From positions 192,001-256,000 of the forward strand of contig CAVRCF010000005.1 of NCBI GenBank assembly GCA_963719505.1: a DNA stretch of 64,000 nt, in the 5' to 3' direction. Positions 10,665 through 19,939 of the stretch are shown here, piece by piece. Both the position numbers and the translations under genes were made by a program. The DNA comes from Halobacteriovoraceae bacterium. Lineage in GTDB: Bacteria; Bdellovibrionota; Bacteriovoracia; Bacteriovoracales; Bacteriovoracaceae. Each line of letters opens with the position of its first letter. Positions within the stretch are counted from its first letter, which is position 1. The notes beneath the pieces are model-generated. The model worked only from the letters and a program-made list of their open reading frames with translations, made no database searches and was not told the origin of the DNA.

Positions 10665-11015
10665 TTATCTTTTTTCACAACCGTATTTTGCACTTCTAAA
10701 AATTTCGTTTCTTCGATCGATGTTGGTTGTAACAGAGACACGCTTTGTAACGGAGTTGAAGTTTACTTGTGTTTTTCCAAACTCTCTTCCTAAATATGAA
10801 GCAAAAATATATGAATTTCCATGTTTCTCTTTAAGAGCAATTCTTCCAGATGATTGGTGGACTCTAAAACTTGCTGTTGAGTCATTCACATCATTTGAAT
10901 TGATCATCACTTCTACGTAATACTCTTCGATTCCTTCTAGATAATCACAGTAGTAATAATCTGAGGCAAATGCGCTCATAAAAGTAATAAAAGAAAGTAA
11001 TAGAAAGGTTTTCAT
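10665..11015 (-). CDS. Secreted hypothetical protein
   Basis: GGAG RBS before ATG 11015; signal peptide MKTFLLLSFITFMSAFA. Confidence 0.75.
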   Translation of the reverse strand: MKTFLLLSFITFMSAFASDYYYCDYLEGIEEYYVEVMINSNDVNDSTASFRVHQSSGRIALKEKHGNSYIFASYLGREFGKTQVNFNSVTKRVSVTTNIDRRNEIFRSAKYGCEKR

Positions 11016-11169
11016 GTTTTTCTCCAAAAGGGGTATTTTCTTTAATTTTAACTGCTTCAAGCATTTTTCCCTAGGACCTGTGAAAGATTTATGCAGTGGC
11101 AAATGTGCAGAATCCAAGACCCAGACAAGTTAAGTTCCTGATAAGACAATTAGTTAAGAGAAAGAAGAT

Positions 11170-12058
11170 CTAGATTTGAGAAATGAGACCAGCACATATC
11201 AGAGCGATCTCTTCGTCAGTTCCGGGATCAGACAGAACGGTAAGAGAGTAGTAATTATTTTTTTTCTTAAACACCATAGTGTGGTGTTTAGATTTTGAAT
11301 TTATAAGTTTTCCATCAACAGTAGTTTTACCATTGTAGGTTCCAGTTTTTCCACCGATATTCATCTTTTTAGGTAAATATTTTCTACCTCTAAGCTTTCC
11401 CGTACGAGACAAAAACATCGTTTGAAAGAGGTGAAGGCTTCCTGGGTATTTCTCATCATATGAGTCTTGTATAAATTTTGAAATATCGACGGCATTGACT
11501 TCATTTCCGTGGGTTGTGCCCAAATATCCTCTAAAGCCAATAGATCGAGTTATGCCCAAAAGTTTTAAAAAATCATCCACTCTCTTTCTTCCGATGTTTT
11601 CGGAGCCTTCTCCAATTAATATTTGCAGCGCACTCCAAGATGTATTGCTCGATACAATGATTAAGTTGTTCAAATGCTCAATGGCATCTTCGCTTGGGTA
11701 ACCTTGAGTAAAATTTAAGTATGAGCCAGCGACAAAAATTTTACTTACTGATGCTCCGTAAAACTGTTTAGCTGCATTTGTACTTTGAGAAATTATTTTT
11801 TTTGTTTCTAAGTTTCTAAGAACCCATTGAATATTTGGACTTTGTTGCTGAACTATTTTTAGGTATTGCTGCTTTTTTTTATTATCAAAAAGATAACCGG
11901 ATCCATAGGCCTTTAAGTTGGTCTCTTGATTACTGAAAAAGTCTAAATAATTTCCACCTTCAAAATGATAGAAGCTATCATCCTGGGGCTTTGAGTACAA
12001 CCTTTGAAAAGGTATTCATCGATAGAGATAATATGAGAAGAAAGAAAATATTTTTCAT
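11170..12058 (-). pseudogene. Class A beta-lactamase-like serine hydrolase with a +1 frameshift near 11983 (pseudogene or sequencing error)
   Basis: ASVSK (SxxK), SSN and KTGT motifs. Signal peptide MKNIFFLLILSLSMNTFS from ATG 12058 lies in another frame; removing one base at CCA-G-GAT joins the frames (span 889 = 3n+1). Confidence 0.75.
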
Positions 12059-12133
12059 AGGTGCTTTCTAGCATTAGAAGATTCTTTTGATAATAGATTT
12101 TTCGAGGTCATTAATTTGTAACTATTGGATATT

Positions 12134-12418
12134 TCAAGTGTTATTTATGGTTTTTAAAAGATCTGGGTAGGACTTTTCAATCTCTGGATTAATGGAGAGA
12201 TACTTTCTAACACCTTCAACTCTTTCACAAAGTATATTGGATTCAATAAGTATCTTAATATGATGGGAAAAGGTGGCTTTTTGCACACAGTACTCAAAAT
12301 CACCACAGGTGATCTCAGGCTTTTCAGATTTGAGAAGCTGCTTAATAACTCCAAGCCTGATTGGATCACCAAGGGCCTTAAGTATTTTATCTAATGGTAA
12401 TTGTTCTGTTTTTTTCAT
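12134..12418 (-). CDS. ArsR/SmtB family transcriptional regulator
   Basis: KALGDPIRL, KATFSHHIKIL winged HTH; divergent from the OYE gene; start ATG 12418 inferred. Confidence 0.9.
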   Translation of the reverse strand: MKKTEQLPLDKILKALGDPIRLGVIKQLLKSEKPEITCGDFEYCVQKATFSHHIKILIESNILCERVEGVRKYLSINPEIEKSYPDLLKTINNT

Positions 12419-12490
12419 TGTTAGATATATATCTAACATACTTCTTGCTTTATTTAAAGAGTGGGTTTATTGTTAGATAAATATCAAACA
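12419..12490. promoter_or_regulatory. Two palindromic operator sites, probably for the ArsR regulator
   Basis: Perfect 20-bp palindrome TGTTAGATATATATCTAACA (12419-12438) and an 18/20 copy TGTTAGATAAATATCAAACA (12471-12490). Confidence 0.8.
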
Positions 12491-12502
12491 ATGGAGACAT
12501 AT

Positions 12503-13552
12503 ATGAGTTCATTATTTAACCCCTTAAAACTTGGTGATCAAACTCTTAAAAATAGAATTATCATGGCGCCTTTAACAAGAGCGAGGGCCGGAGAAGAAAG
12601 AATTCCCAACGATCTTATGGTCGAGTACTACACTCAACGTGCTAGTGCTGGCTTGATTTTAACGGAGGCCACTTCTATTAATCCTATGGGTGTCGGGTAT
12701 GCAAATACACCTGGAATTTGGTCTGATGACCAAGTTGAAGGTTGGAAGAAAATTACAAGTGCCGTTCATGCACAAGGTGGAAAGATCTTTATACAGCTTT
12801 GGCATGTAGGGAGAATTTCACATTCTTCATTTTTAGATGGAAATAAGCCCGTTGCACCCTCGGCGATAAAACCCAAAGGGCATGTCTCACTAGTGAGACC
12901 AGTGACTGAATACGATACGCCTCGTGCCCTTGAAACTGAAGAAGTTAAACAGATTGTCGAAGACTATAGAAAAGGCGCACAAAATGCCAAAAAAGCGGGC
13001 TTTGATGGCGTTGAAATTCACGCGGCCAATGGCTATTTACTCGATCAATTCTTACAAGACTCGACTAATAAAAGAGATGATATCTATGGTGGGTCGATTG
13101 AAAATAGATCAAGATTTTTGCTTGAAGTTGTCGATGCGGCTATAAGTGTTTGGGGAAGTGAGCGCGTCGGAGTTCATCTTGCTCCAAGATGCGATAGTCA
13201 TGATATGGGGGATTCAAACCCTCTGGAAACCTTCGGCCACGTTGCACGTGAGCTAGGTAAAAAGAATATAGCCTTTATTTTTACAAGAGAACATCAAGCG
13301 GATGATAGCCTTACACCAAAACTTCGTGAGCTTTTTAGTGGAGTCTTTATCGGTAATGAGAAATACACAAAGGATCTTGCCGAAGAAGCGATAGACTCTG
13401 GTCTTGTTGATGCGGTCTCATTTGGAGTTCCTTTTATTGCCAATCCAGATCTTGTGAAGAGATTTGAGACGGGTGCTGAGCTTAATGACCCCGTACCATC
13501 GACTTTCTATGGACCTGATGAAAAAGGCTATACTGATTACCCAACTCTATAA
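12503..13552 (+). CDS. Old yellow enzyme family alkene reductase (NemA-like)
   Basis: NRIIMAPLTRAR, QLWHVGR, GVEIHAANGYLLDQF, FIANPDL, GYTDYP; GGAG RBS before ATG 12503. Confidence 0.95.
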   Translation: MSSLFNPLKLGDQTLKNRIIMAPLTRARAGEERIPNDLMVEYYTQRASAGLILTEATSINPMGVGYANTPGIWSDDQVEGWKKITSAVHAQGGKIFIQLWHVGRISHSSFLDGNKPVAPSAIKPKGHVSLVRPVTEYDTPRALETEEVKQIVEDYRKGAQNAKKAGFDGVEIHAANGYLLDQFLQDSTNKRDDIYGGSIENRSRFLLEVVDAAISVWGSERVGVHLAPRCDSHDMGDSNPLETFGHVARELGKKNIAFIFTREHQADDSLTPKLRELFSGVFIGNEKYTKDLAEEAIDSGLVDAVSFGVPFIANPDLVKRFETGAELNDPVPSTFYGPDEKGYTDYPTL

Positions 13553-13564
13553 GTAATAATTGTT

Positions 13565-13592
13565 TAAGCTACCTGTCTTTTTGGGTAGCTTA
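13565..13592 (+). terminator. Putative hairpin terminator after the OYE gene
   Basis: TAAGCTACC ... GGTAGCTTA inverted repeat; U-tract weak. Confidence 0.5.
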
Positions 13593-13631
13593 AATATCTG
13601 CAATAAAAAGATCAAACTGGTCAAGTAGTTC

Positions 13632-13659
13632 TATAGAATTTCCTTTTTTAAACCGATAC
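13632..13659 (+). promoter_or_regulatory. Putative sigma28 (FliA) promoter
   Basis: TATAG-N15-ACCGATAC versus consensus TAAAG-N15-GCCGATAA. Confidence 0.55.
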
Positions 13660-13667
13660 CAATAATA

Positions 13668-15143
13668 GTGAAATTTCTGATAAACTTACTTTTCATTTTT
13701 TCTTTGAACGCAAATTCATTTTGTGAATCAGCGTTTGTTTCAAAATTTCCTCACAGTCTGAACACATCTTCGATTGAAGAGATATCTCAAGCTCTAAAAG
13801 CGAGCTTGAAAGGTCGTAACGAAACAATAGTCCTTAAAAGTATTGAAAAAGAATTAAAAAGGAATTCTGACTTTAATCATTTAAAACTCCTTCAAGACGG
13901 AAAACTGGAGTCTGAGGTTGTCGTTCTGGGAGGAGGGATTCACGGATCCATAACAGCTAATGGCTTGAAGCAAGCCAATGCAAAGAGAAGTGTCCTAGTG
14001 GTCGATAAATTGGATTGTTTAGGAGTCTTTAATTGCCTTGGAGATACCTTTTTTATCAATAGTCCTGAGTTTTTAAAAGCCAGAAGCTCTGAGCTGTATA
14101 AGCTTAGTAAGAATCATATGACAGGAATGCCTATTCAGCCCTCTGATTTTTCAAACTTGAAAATAAAATCCATGGAAGTTGGTGATAGTGAATTCTTTAT
14201 TCCTGGAAAGTATATCGGAAATAGTTCAAATATGAATATGGCAAGCTCCGGGGCTGACCTGTTGATGGGTGAGAAAATAATGAGTGTGAAAAGGATAAAT
14301 GGATCTCGTTTCAAATATGAGCTTAAACTCTCTGGTGGAAAATCCATTTTTACCAATAAAATTATCATGCCCTCCGGACTTGGGACTCCGAGTATCCCTT
14401 TGAAGGATCTTACTTCTTTAGAAGTGGCCAAAAAGCATCTTGGACAAAAAATCAATCATATAGAGAGCTATATGAGAAAGATGCAATTAAAAATTCAAGA
14501 AGGGACAAATATCTTAAAAGTAATCAAAGGCAAAAAAATAGCCGTGGTTGGTGGTGGAGATGGTGGTGCTATTATAACTGAGCTTCTTTTAGGGAAAGGT
14601 CCAAGTAAGGCCTATATTGGGGGCATAACAAAGTCGGATCTTCCAAAACAGATTGTATGGTTTGGACAAAAAAAATTAAACTCCACTCAGTACATAGAAA
14701 ATACTTGGGAGAGATATAGGGATTTATCTGTTCATTTTCCAGGTGGGAAAGAGAAGCAGTTGATAAATCCAATCGATGGGTACCTAGAGAAAATTAAAGA
14801 GCTTCCTAATGGAAAGTTTAAAGTCTCTCATGAAAATGGTACTGAAATTGTGGATGAAATTGTCTTTAGTGCTGGTTATAAAGATGAATCCAAAACGATT
14901 TTTAAAGAGTTCTTAAAAGGCAGTGGCGAATTTAGCACGAGCGCTAAAACTTTAGACTCGGGCGAAGTCGTCGCCAGAAAACTCACAAATGAAGAGGTTT
15001 ACTTTGTAGGGCCGCAAGGTCAAAATATTGTTCCAGGCGGTGGTGGACTCGCTACTACGGCCCTGGACCCAGGTGGAGTAAACTCCCCACGAATAGAGGT
15101 TTTGGCTCCAAAAACCTTCAGCTTTGCGATCACACTTGACTAA
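13668..15143 (+). CDS. Secreted FAD/NAD(P)-binding oxidoreductase-like protein
   Basis: Signal peptide; two Rossmann motifs VVVLGGGIHG and IAVVGGGDGG; later VDEIVFSAGY and VYFVG motifs of pyridine nucleotide-disulfide/FMO-type flavoproteins. Confidence 0.7.
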   Translation: MKFLINLLFIFSLNANSFCESAFVSKFPHSLNTSSIEEISQALKASLKGRNETIVLKSIEKELKRNSDFNHLKLLQDGKLESEVVVLGGGIHGSITANGLKQANAKRSVLVVDKLDCLGVFNCLGDTFFINSPEFLKARSSELYKLSKNHMTGMPIQPSDFSNLKIKSMEVGDSEFFIPGKYIGNSSNMNMASSGADLLMGEKIMSVKRINGSRFKYELKLSGGKSIFTNKIIMPSGLGTPSIPLKDLTSLEVAKKHLGQKINHIESYMRKMQLKIQEGTNILKVIKGKKIAVVGGGDGGAIITELLLGKGPSKAYIGGITKSDLPKQIVWFGQKKLNSTQYIENTWERYRDLSVHFPGGKEKQLINPIDGYLEKIKELPNGKFKVSHENGTEIVDEIVFSAGYKDESKTIFKEFLKGSGEFSTSAKTLDSGEVVARKLTNEEVYFVGPQGQNIVPGGGGLATTALDPGGVNSPRIEVLAPKTFSFAITLD

Positions 15144-15235
15144 CGAATCGGACCTGCAAATTTTACAAGTTAACTAGTTGAAAATTCAGATGAATGATAC
15201 AAGACTTTTTTAAATATTAATTTCAAAGGTTAAGT

Positions 15236-15451
15236 ATGTCCGCTCTTAAGAATTTTCTTATTGTCTCTTTAGTCATGGGTAGTATTTCTGCTTTTGCTGG
15301 TTCACTAGGCCAGTACAAAAGTGAAATGGACCTTATATCAAATGTCCTTTTAGAAAAAAACTCAGATATCGAAACATCTAATATCTTTAAAGCCTCAAGT
15401 TTAAATCAACTGGTTTTAAAACTTGAATCAATGAAAGGCCTACCGAATTAA
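15236..15451 (+). CDS. Short secreted hypothetical protein, possibly a truncated 5' gene fragment
   Basis: Signal peptide ...MGSISAFA; ends just before transposon-end-like repeats. Confidence 0.5.
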   Translation: MSALKNFLIVSLVMGSISAFAGSLGQYKSEMDLISNVLLEKNSDIETSNIFKASSLNQLVLKLESMKGLPN

Positions 15452-15674
15452 CCAAAAATACAAGCTGTTGAATCAACAAATGCTTGTTTGAACATGGAGG
15501 TTCGAAAATGATTATTCTAAACACCCTTTATCATTATCTTTTAATTCATTTATCCAAGCTTTGTAGAAATTCAAAAATCTTACCCAAATTCAAACTTTAA
15601 CTCTGATTTTACAAACCGTTGAATCAGAAAGATCTTACCGAAATTAAATAATCACATGAATTTGGAGTAATAAA

Positions 15675-16834
15675 ATGACACTAGAATTTAAATCAACCTA
15701 TATAAAAGCAATTCAGAAACGATACTATATGGCCTCAAAAAAGGAAAAATCTGCCATACTTACTGAGCTTTGTAGCATTACAGGATACCACCGCAAATAT
15801 GCTATTGAGATACTTGCAAAGGGCCATAAGACTGGCAAAAAGGCATCAGGAAGAATAAAGGTATACTCAAATCAGTCACTATCCCATTTAAAGAAATTAT
15901 GGCATATTCTAGGGCGTATTTGCTCAAAGAAGATGGTCGCAGCCTTGCCAGTTTGGCTAGAGTATTATGAGCATGAACAGTTTAGCGAGGAGATTAAGCA
16001 AGAAATACTAAGTATGAGTTCAGCTTCAATTGATAGATATTTGAAGCCTTATAAAGCTCAGTTTAGTCGTAGAAAAAGAACTGGAACTGTTAGAGCCAAG
16101 AAGTTTGCGCATGTGATTCCAATCAAGAAATTCGACGAAAAAAATGAAGAACCTGGATACCTTCAAGCTGACACTGTAGCTCACTGTGGAAACTCTTTGT
16201 CAGGCTAGTTCATTTGGACAACAACGATTACTGATGAATACTCTGGATGGACAGAAAATCGAGCGAGTTTTGGTAAAGATGCAACAAGTGTTTTAACCGC
16301 TATTACCGCAGGACTTTGGAACTTTCCGTGTACTGTTAAATCTTTTAATACCGACTCAGGAACAGAGTTTATCAATCACAAGCTTCAAGAATTTTTAGAT
16401 AAGAAAGGCATCGAGTTTACGAGATCAAGGCCTTATAAAAAGAATGACAATTGTCATGTTGAGCAAAAAAATTTCACCCATGTAAGAGAGCTTTTTAGCT
16501 ATGAAAGATTTGATAAGGAAGAATTAGTTTTTATTATGAATAGCATTTATTCAAGCTATTTTAATGTTCTCAAAACTTCTTTGTGCCTCAGTTAAAAGCA
16601 ATTGAAGTAACTCGTATTGGTGCAAAATACAAACGCAAATACGACAAAGCCAGAACCCCCTATCAGCGACTGATTGATTCAGGAAAACTCAGTAGTTATC
16701 AAGTTCAACAATTAACTGAGAGATACGAATCACTAAACCCTATTCAACTTAAGAAAGAATTGAATGACATGATGAAGAGATTCAACAGGTTTTTAGAGGG
16801 GAAATCTGACTTTAAGTATAAGTTTGTAGCTTAG
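15675..16834 (+). pseudogene. Degenerate DDE (rve-type, ISNCY/IS481-like) transposase
   Basis: RY..ASKKEKSAIL.E.C..TGYHRKYAI N-terminus; DDE motifs YLQADTVAHCG, NTDSGTEF, NCHVEQKN. In-frame TAG at 16206-16208 and a frameshift near 16570 (resumes QNFFVPQLK...RTPYQRL). Confidence 0.9.
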
Positions 16835-16922
16835 AAGCAAGAAAGCCTGCTTTGTGAGCAGGCTATATTGCTCACTCATAAATTATTAATCTTTATGAGT
16901 GAGGCTTGTACTTTATATTAGT

Positions 16923-18161
16923 TGGAAGTAACACGAATTGCGTTTACAACACCTGACTAAATATTGCCGGTAATATTTGAGTCATGCGTTCTCAGTTAAA
17001 ATTGTAGTAACCACAAAACAATTTTTAACAAAAGGAAAACACATGACTCAACAACAGTATCTCATTAATCGTAAGCTCAACATAGTTGAATTTGCAGACA
17101 CTTTAAAAAATATTACAAAAGCATGCAAAAGACTTGGTGTAAGCCGACAGCATTACTACGATATTAAAACTGCCATACAAGAAGACGGACTTGAAGGCCT
17201 TATAGAAAAGTCTAGAAGAGGTCCAAGAGTTGGAAACAGGTGCGCTCCAGAAGTCGAGAAAGCTGTTCTAGACTATTCTTTACAGTATCCTACCCATGGA
17301 CAAGTTCGAGTTTCGAATGAGCTTAAAAGAAAAAGCAATATTGCTATTAGCGCTGGCGGAATTCGCTCAATCTGGCTCAGGCATGACTTACAAGTAAAAC
17401 ATCTAAGGTTAAAACGTCTAGAGAAATGGTCGGCTCAGGAGAATAATATTTTAACTGAGTCTCAAGTCCAAGCACTCGAAGAGAGAAAGCAAGAGAAAGA
17501 AGCTCATGGCGAAGTAGAGACTCATCACTCTGGATTTCTATTCGCCCAAGATACTTACTACGTTGGCTACATTAAAGGTGTTGGAAAAATTTATCAGCAA
17601 ACAGGAATTGATACCTATTCTAATGTGGGGTTTGCAAAACTCTATCTGGATAAAACTCAAACTGTTGCGGCAGATTTTTTAAACAGCAAAGTACTTCCAT
17701 TCTTCGACGAACACAGGATCTCAGTTCTTAGGATTTTGACAGACAATGGACGAGAATATTGTGGTCACAAAGATGCGCATCACTATCAATTATTCATGCA
17801 CTTGAATGATATAGAACATAGTCGAACAAAAGTAAGACATCCTCAAACGAATGGATCAGTAGAGAAATTAAATCAAATCATCCAAAATGAATTTTATAGT
17901 GTTGCATTTAGAAAGAAGCTTTATACGAGCCTAGAAGGACTGCAGTATGATCTTGATTTTTACATGAAGGATTACAACTTCGACAGAACAAATCAAGGAA
18001 AGAGGTGCAAAGGAAGAACTCCTTATGAAACATTTTCAGAAGGAGTAAAATTGTATAAAGAAATGGTTTTTGACACCGAGGTAGAAAGTAGCGAAATAGA
18101 TTTACAATAGTTTTATATTTTGACTGAGAGCGTTTTGTAAACGCAAGTCGTGACTACTGCA
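16923..18161 (+). mobile_element. IS481-family insertion sequence
   Basis: 27-bp imperfect terminal IRs (core CACGA(A/C)TTGCGTTTACAA, 17/18 match); 7-bp direct repeat TATTAGT at 16916-16922 and 18162-18168. Confidence 0.9.
17043..18110 (+). CDS. IS481-family transposase
   Basis: N-terminal HTH (NITKACKRLGVSRQHYY); DDE core AQDTYYVG, LTDNGREY, PQTNGSVE; AAAGGA RBS before ATG 17043. Confidence 0.95.
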   Translation: MTQQQYLINRKLNIVEFADTLKNITKACKRLGVSRQHYYDIKTAIQEDGLEGLIEKSRRGPRVGNRCAPEVEKAVLDYSLQYPTHGQVRVSNELKRKSNIAISAGGIRSIWLRHDLQVKHLRLKRLEKWSAQENNILTESQVQALEERKQEKEAHGEVETHHSGFLFAQDTYYVGYIKGVGKIYQQTGIDTYSNVGFAKLYLDKTQTVAADFLNSKVLPFFDEHRISVLRILTDNGREYCGHKDAHHYQLFMHLNDIEHSRTKVRHPQTNGSVEKLNQIIQNEFYSVAFRKKLYTSLEGLQYDLDFYMKDYNFDRTNQGKRCKGRTPYETFSEGVKLYKEMVFDTEVESSEIDLQ

Positions 18162-18177
18162 TATTAGTGCTTGACGA

Positions 18178-18615
18178 CTATTTTAGTTTATCGCAATTAG
18201 GTAAAGTTCTAATTGTTTTCAGAACTATGGATCTTTCCATAGATTTACTAGGTATTCCAAGATTAGGTAATCCTCGCCTAGAGCTTCGAGACAAGACAAA
18301 ACCATCAGAAGGATCTTTAATTAATGCTTTCGCTGACCATCTTTCAGAAAGCTTTATAGACAATCTTTCAAAAATGTCATCTTTTACTCGATATTGCCCT
18401 TGATTTTTATGGTACACACTCGATGAATAATTAATAATAAAATCTGGGGATTCCCCGTCAAGTGCCTTTTCAAAACCTTTATCTAGTAATGTTGACTCGA
18501 CTTGCACTGCTAAGCTCTCGTTTAGTGGAAAGCTCGAGCTCGTTTGAAAAGTACATATATTTGCAAAAGCAGAAATACTTCCTAATGCTAATAATCCAAT
18601 TAATAATTTTTTCAT
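18178..18615 (-). CDS. Secreted hypothetical protein (passenger gene)
   Basis: GGAG RBS; signal peptide MKKLLIGLLALGSISAFA; Cys near both ends. Confidence 0.8.
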   Translation of the reverse strand: MKKLLIGLLALGSISAFANICTFQTSSSFPLNESLAVQVESTLLDKGFEKALDGESPDFIINYSSSVYHKNQGQYRVKDDIFERLSIKLSERWSAKALIKDPSDGFVLSRSSRRGLPNLGIPSKSMERSIVLKTIRTLPNCDKLK

Positions 18616-18826
18616 AATTTGTTCTCCATATTTACAGTCATAAACCAAATGGTTTTAATTCAAACCTTGCTTTATAATTTCTTTATATAAGTGAGTATAC
18701 AGACCCAGTAGCGCAGCGCAATACAAGATCCTCATTGATGTAATATCTTCACGATTCAGAGCTGGTATATAACTGGATAGCTCCACGTGGGATTACCTCT
18801 TAAGTTCTCGCTCAACAATATCAGAC

Positions 18827-18856
18827 AAAAAAAGACCTGCTCAAAAAAGGCAGGTC
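18827..18856 (-). terminator. Rho-independent terminator of the 18904-19299 gene
   Basis: Minus strand GACCTGC-loop-GCAGGTC followed by T7. Confidence 0.8.
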
Positions 18857-18903
18857 CAGTTATTCATTATTCCTTAGGTTTTATGTCTAAATATTAGCAA
18901 GTA

Positions 18904-19299
18904 TTACTCTGACTTAAACTTTAGAGATTCGATAAGACTATTAATAGTTCTTTCGTCGTATACTGTGGCTTCATTTAAGTTTAATACTCTCTTAATTGAG
19001 TATCCTGGCTTTCTACCATGCTTATCACACATTTCAATATACACTGGGATGAGGGGCTTATTTGTTATACCAATCTTTAGATTTTCTCTAATATCAACCA
19101 AATCAAAAGATTTTACTGTTAACATCTCAAGACCATTTTCTCCTTTACAGTTTTCAATTGAAAATTCATCTTTCTGATTTTTATACAATTGAGATACCTC
19201 TTCATTCAATTCATCAATTCTTTGTTTGAGTTCTTTCTTAGTTTGAGCTTGTAAAGTAAAGCTTCCTAAAACTAACAAACCAAGTAATAATTTCTTCAT
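18904..19299 (-). CDS. Secreted hypothetical protein (passenger gene)
   Basis: GGAG RBS; signal peptide MKKLLLGLLVLGSFTLQA, followed by a short coiled coil. Confidence 0.8.
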   Translation of the reverse strand: MKKLLLGLLVLGSFTLQAQTKKELKQRIDELNEEVSQLYKNQKDEFSIENCKGENGLEMLTVKSFDLVDIRENLKIGITNKPLIPVYIEMCDKHGRKPGYSIKRVLNLNEATVYDERTINSLIESLKFKSE

Positions 19300-19544
19300 A
19301 ATTTACTCCCGAGCCATCGCCCATTTAACTAATTAATGTTTTTTATTTTTCTAATACTCACATTCTCTCAGCTTTTATGATTGAGCGCATTCGACATGGA
19401 AATATCTACAGACGGTGTCAGGATAGTTGACACTTTTTCAACGAAATATAATTTCAAGTACTTAGATTCAATATAAATGATATAATAGAAATATAGCAGC
19501 TAGATTCTTACGCTGTTTCGGTAAGCTTATTATCTGATTCAAAA

Positions 19545-19886
19545 CGACGACTAAAAAGGGAAAATAGAGGTATCAAAGAAGTCAGTAAGCAAGACAATAT
19601 CGACTCAAATGATGTCGTGAGCTTTATTTTTGATGTCGTTGGTTGGCAGCCAATCTTTTGTGAATCGTTTGTTAGCATTGACCTAAAGGCTGATAGTAGC
19701 TGTAGAATGAACCTCAGTCGCGTTCTTACCCCCTTAGATACCTTGGGGTTTGAAAATACAGGTATGCTCTATGTAAATGGAGATGATCAAACTGATGACT
19801 ATAAAGTCCTCTATATTATTGGAAAGAATGTTTCCGAATCTGAATTTGTTGTCACAAAACTAACGATTTGGGACGAAAGAGAGTAA
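19545..19886 (+). pseudogene. Probable 3' remnant of an interrupted gene
   Basis: Frame of ORF 19617-19886 stays open upstream to the right inverted repeat; no clear RBS or start. Confidence 0.45.
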
Positions 19887-19891
19887 AAGAG

Positions 19892-19919
19892 TAGAGTTTT
19901 CATAAAAAAGCTCCGATAG
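19892..19919 (+). promoter_or_regulatory. Putative sigma28 (FliA) promoter
   Basis: TAGAG-N15-TCCGATAG, 20 nt upstream of ATG 19940. Confidence 0.55.
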
Positions 19920-19939
19920 TTATTCATAGGAGCTTTTAT

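Larger units (their letters stand above)
15619..19542 (+). mobile_element. Putative passenger-carrying transposon bounded by split inverted repeats
   Basis: Left TTGAATCAGA-N5-CTTACCGAAA (15619-15643); right TTTCGGTAAG-N7-TCTGATTCAA (19516-19542). Encloses the transposase pseudogene, nested IS481 and two secreted-protein genes; no TSD found. Confidence 0.5.

Noticed and set aside
18690-18820. Slightly GC-richer stretch between passenger genes as a gene fragment or ncRNA
   Set aside because: No convincing ORF, motif or stable structure could be identified by eye
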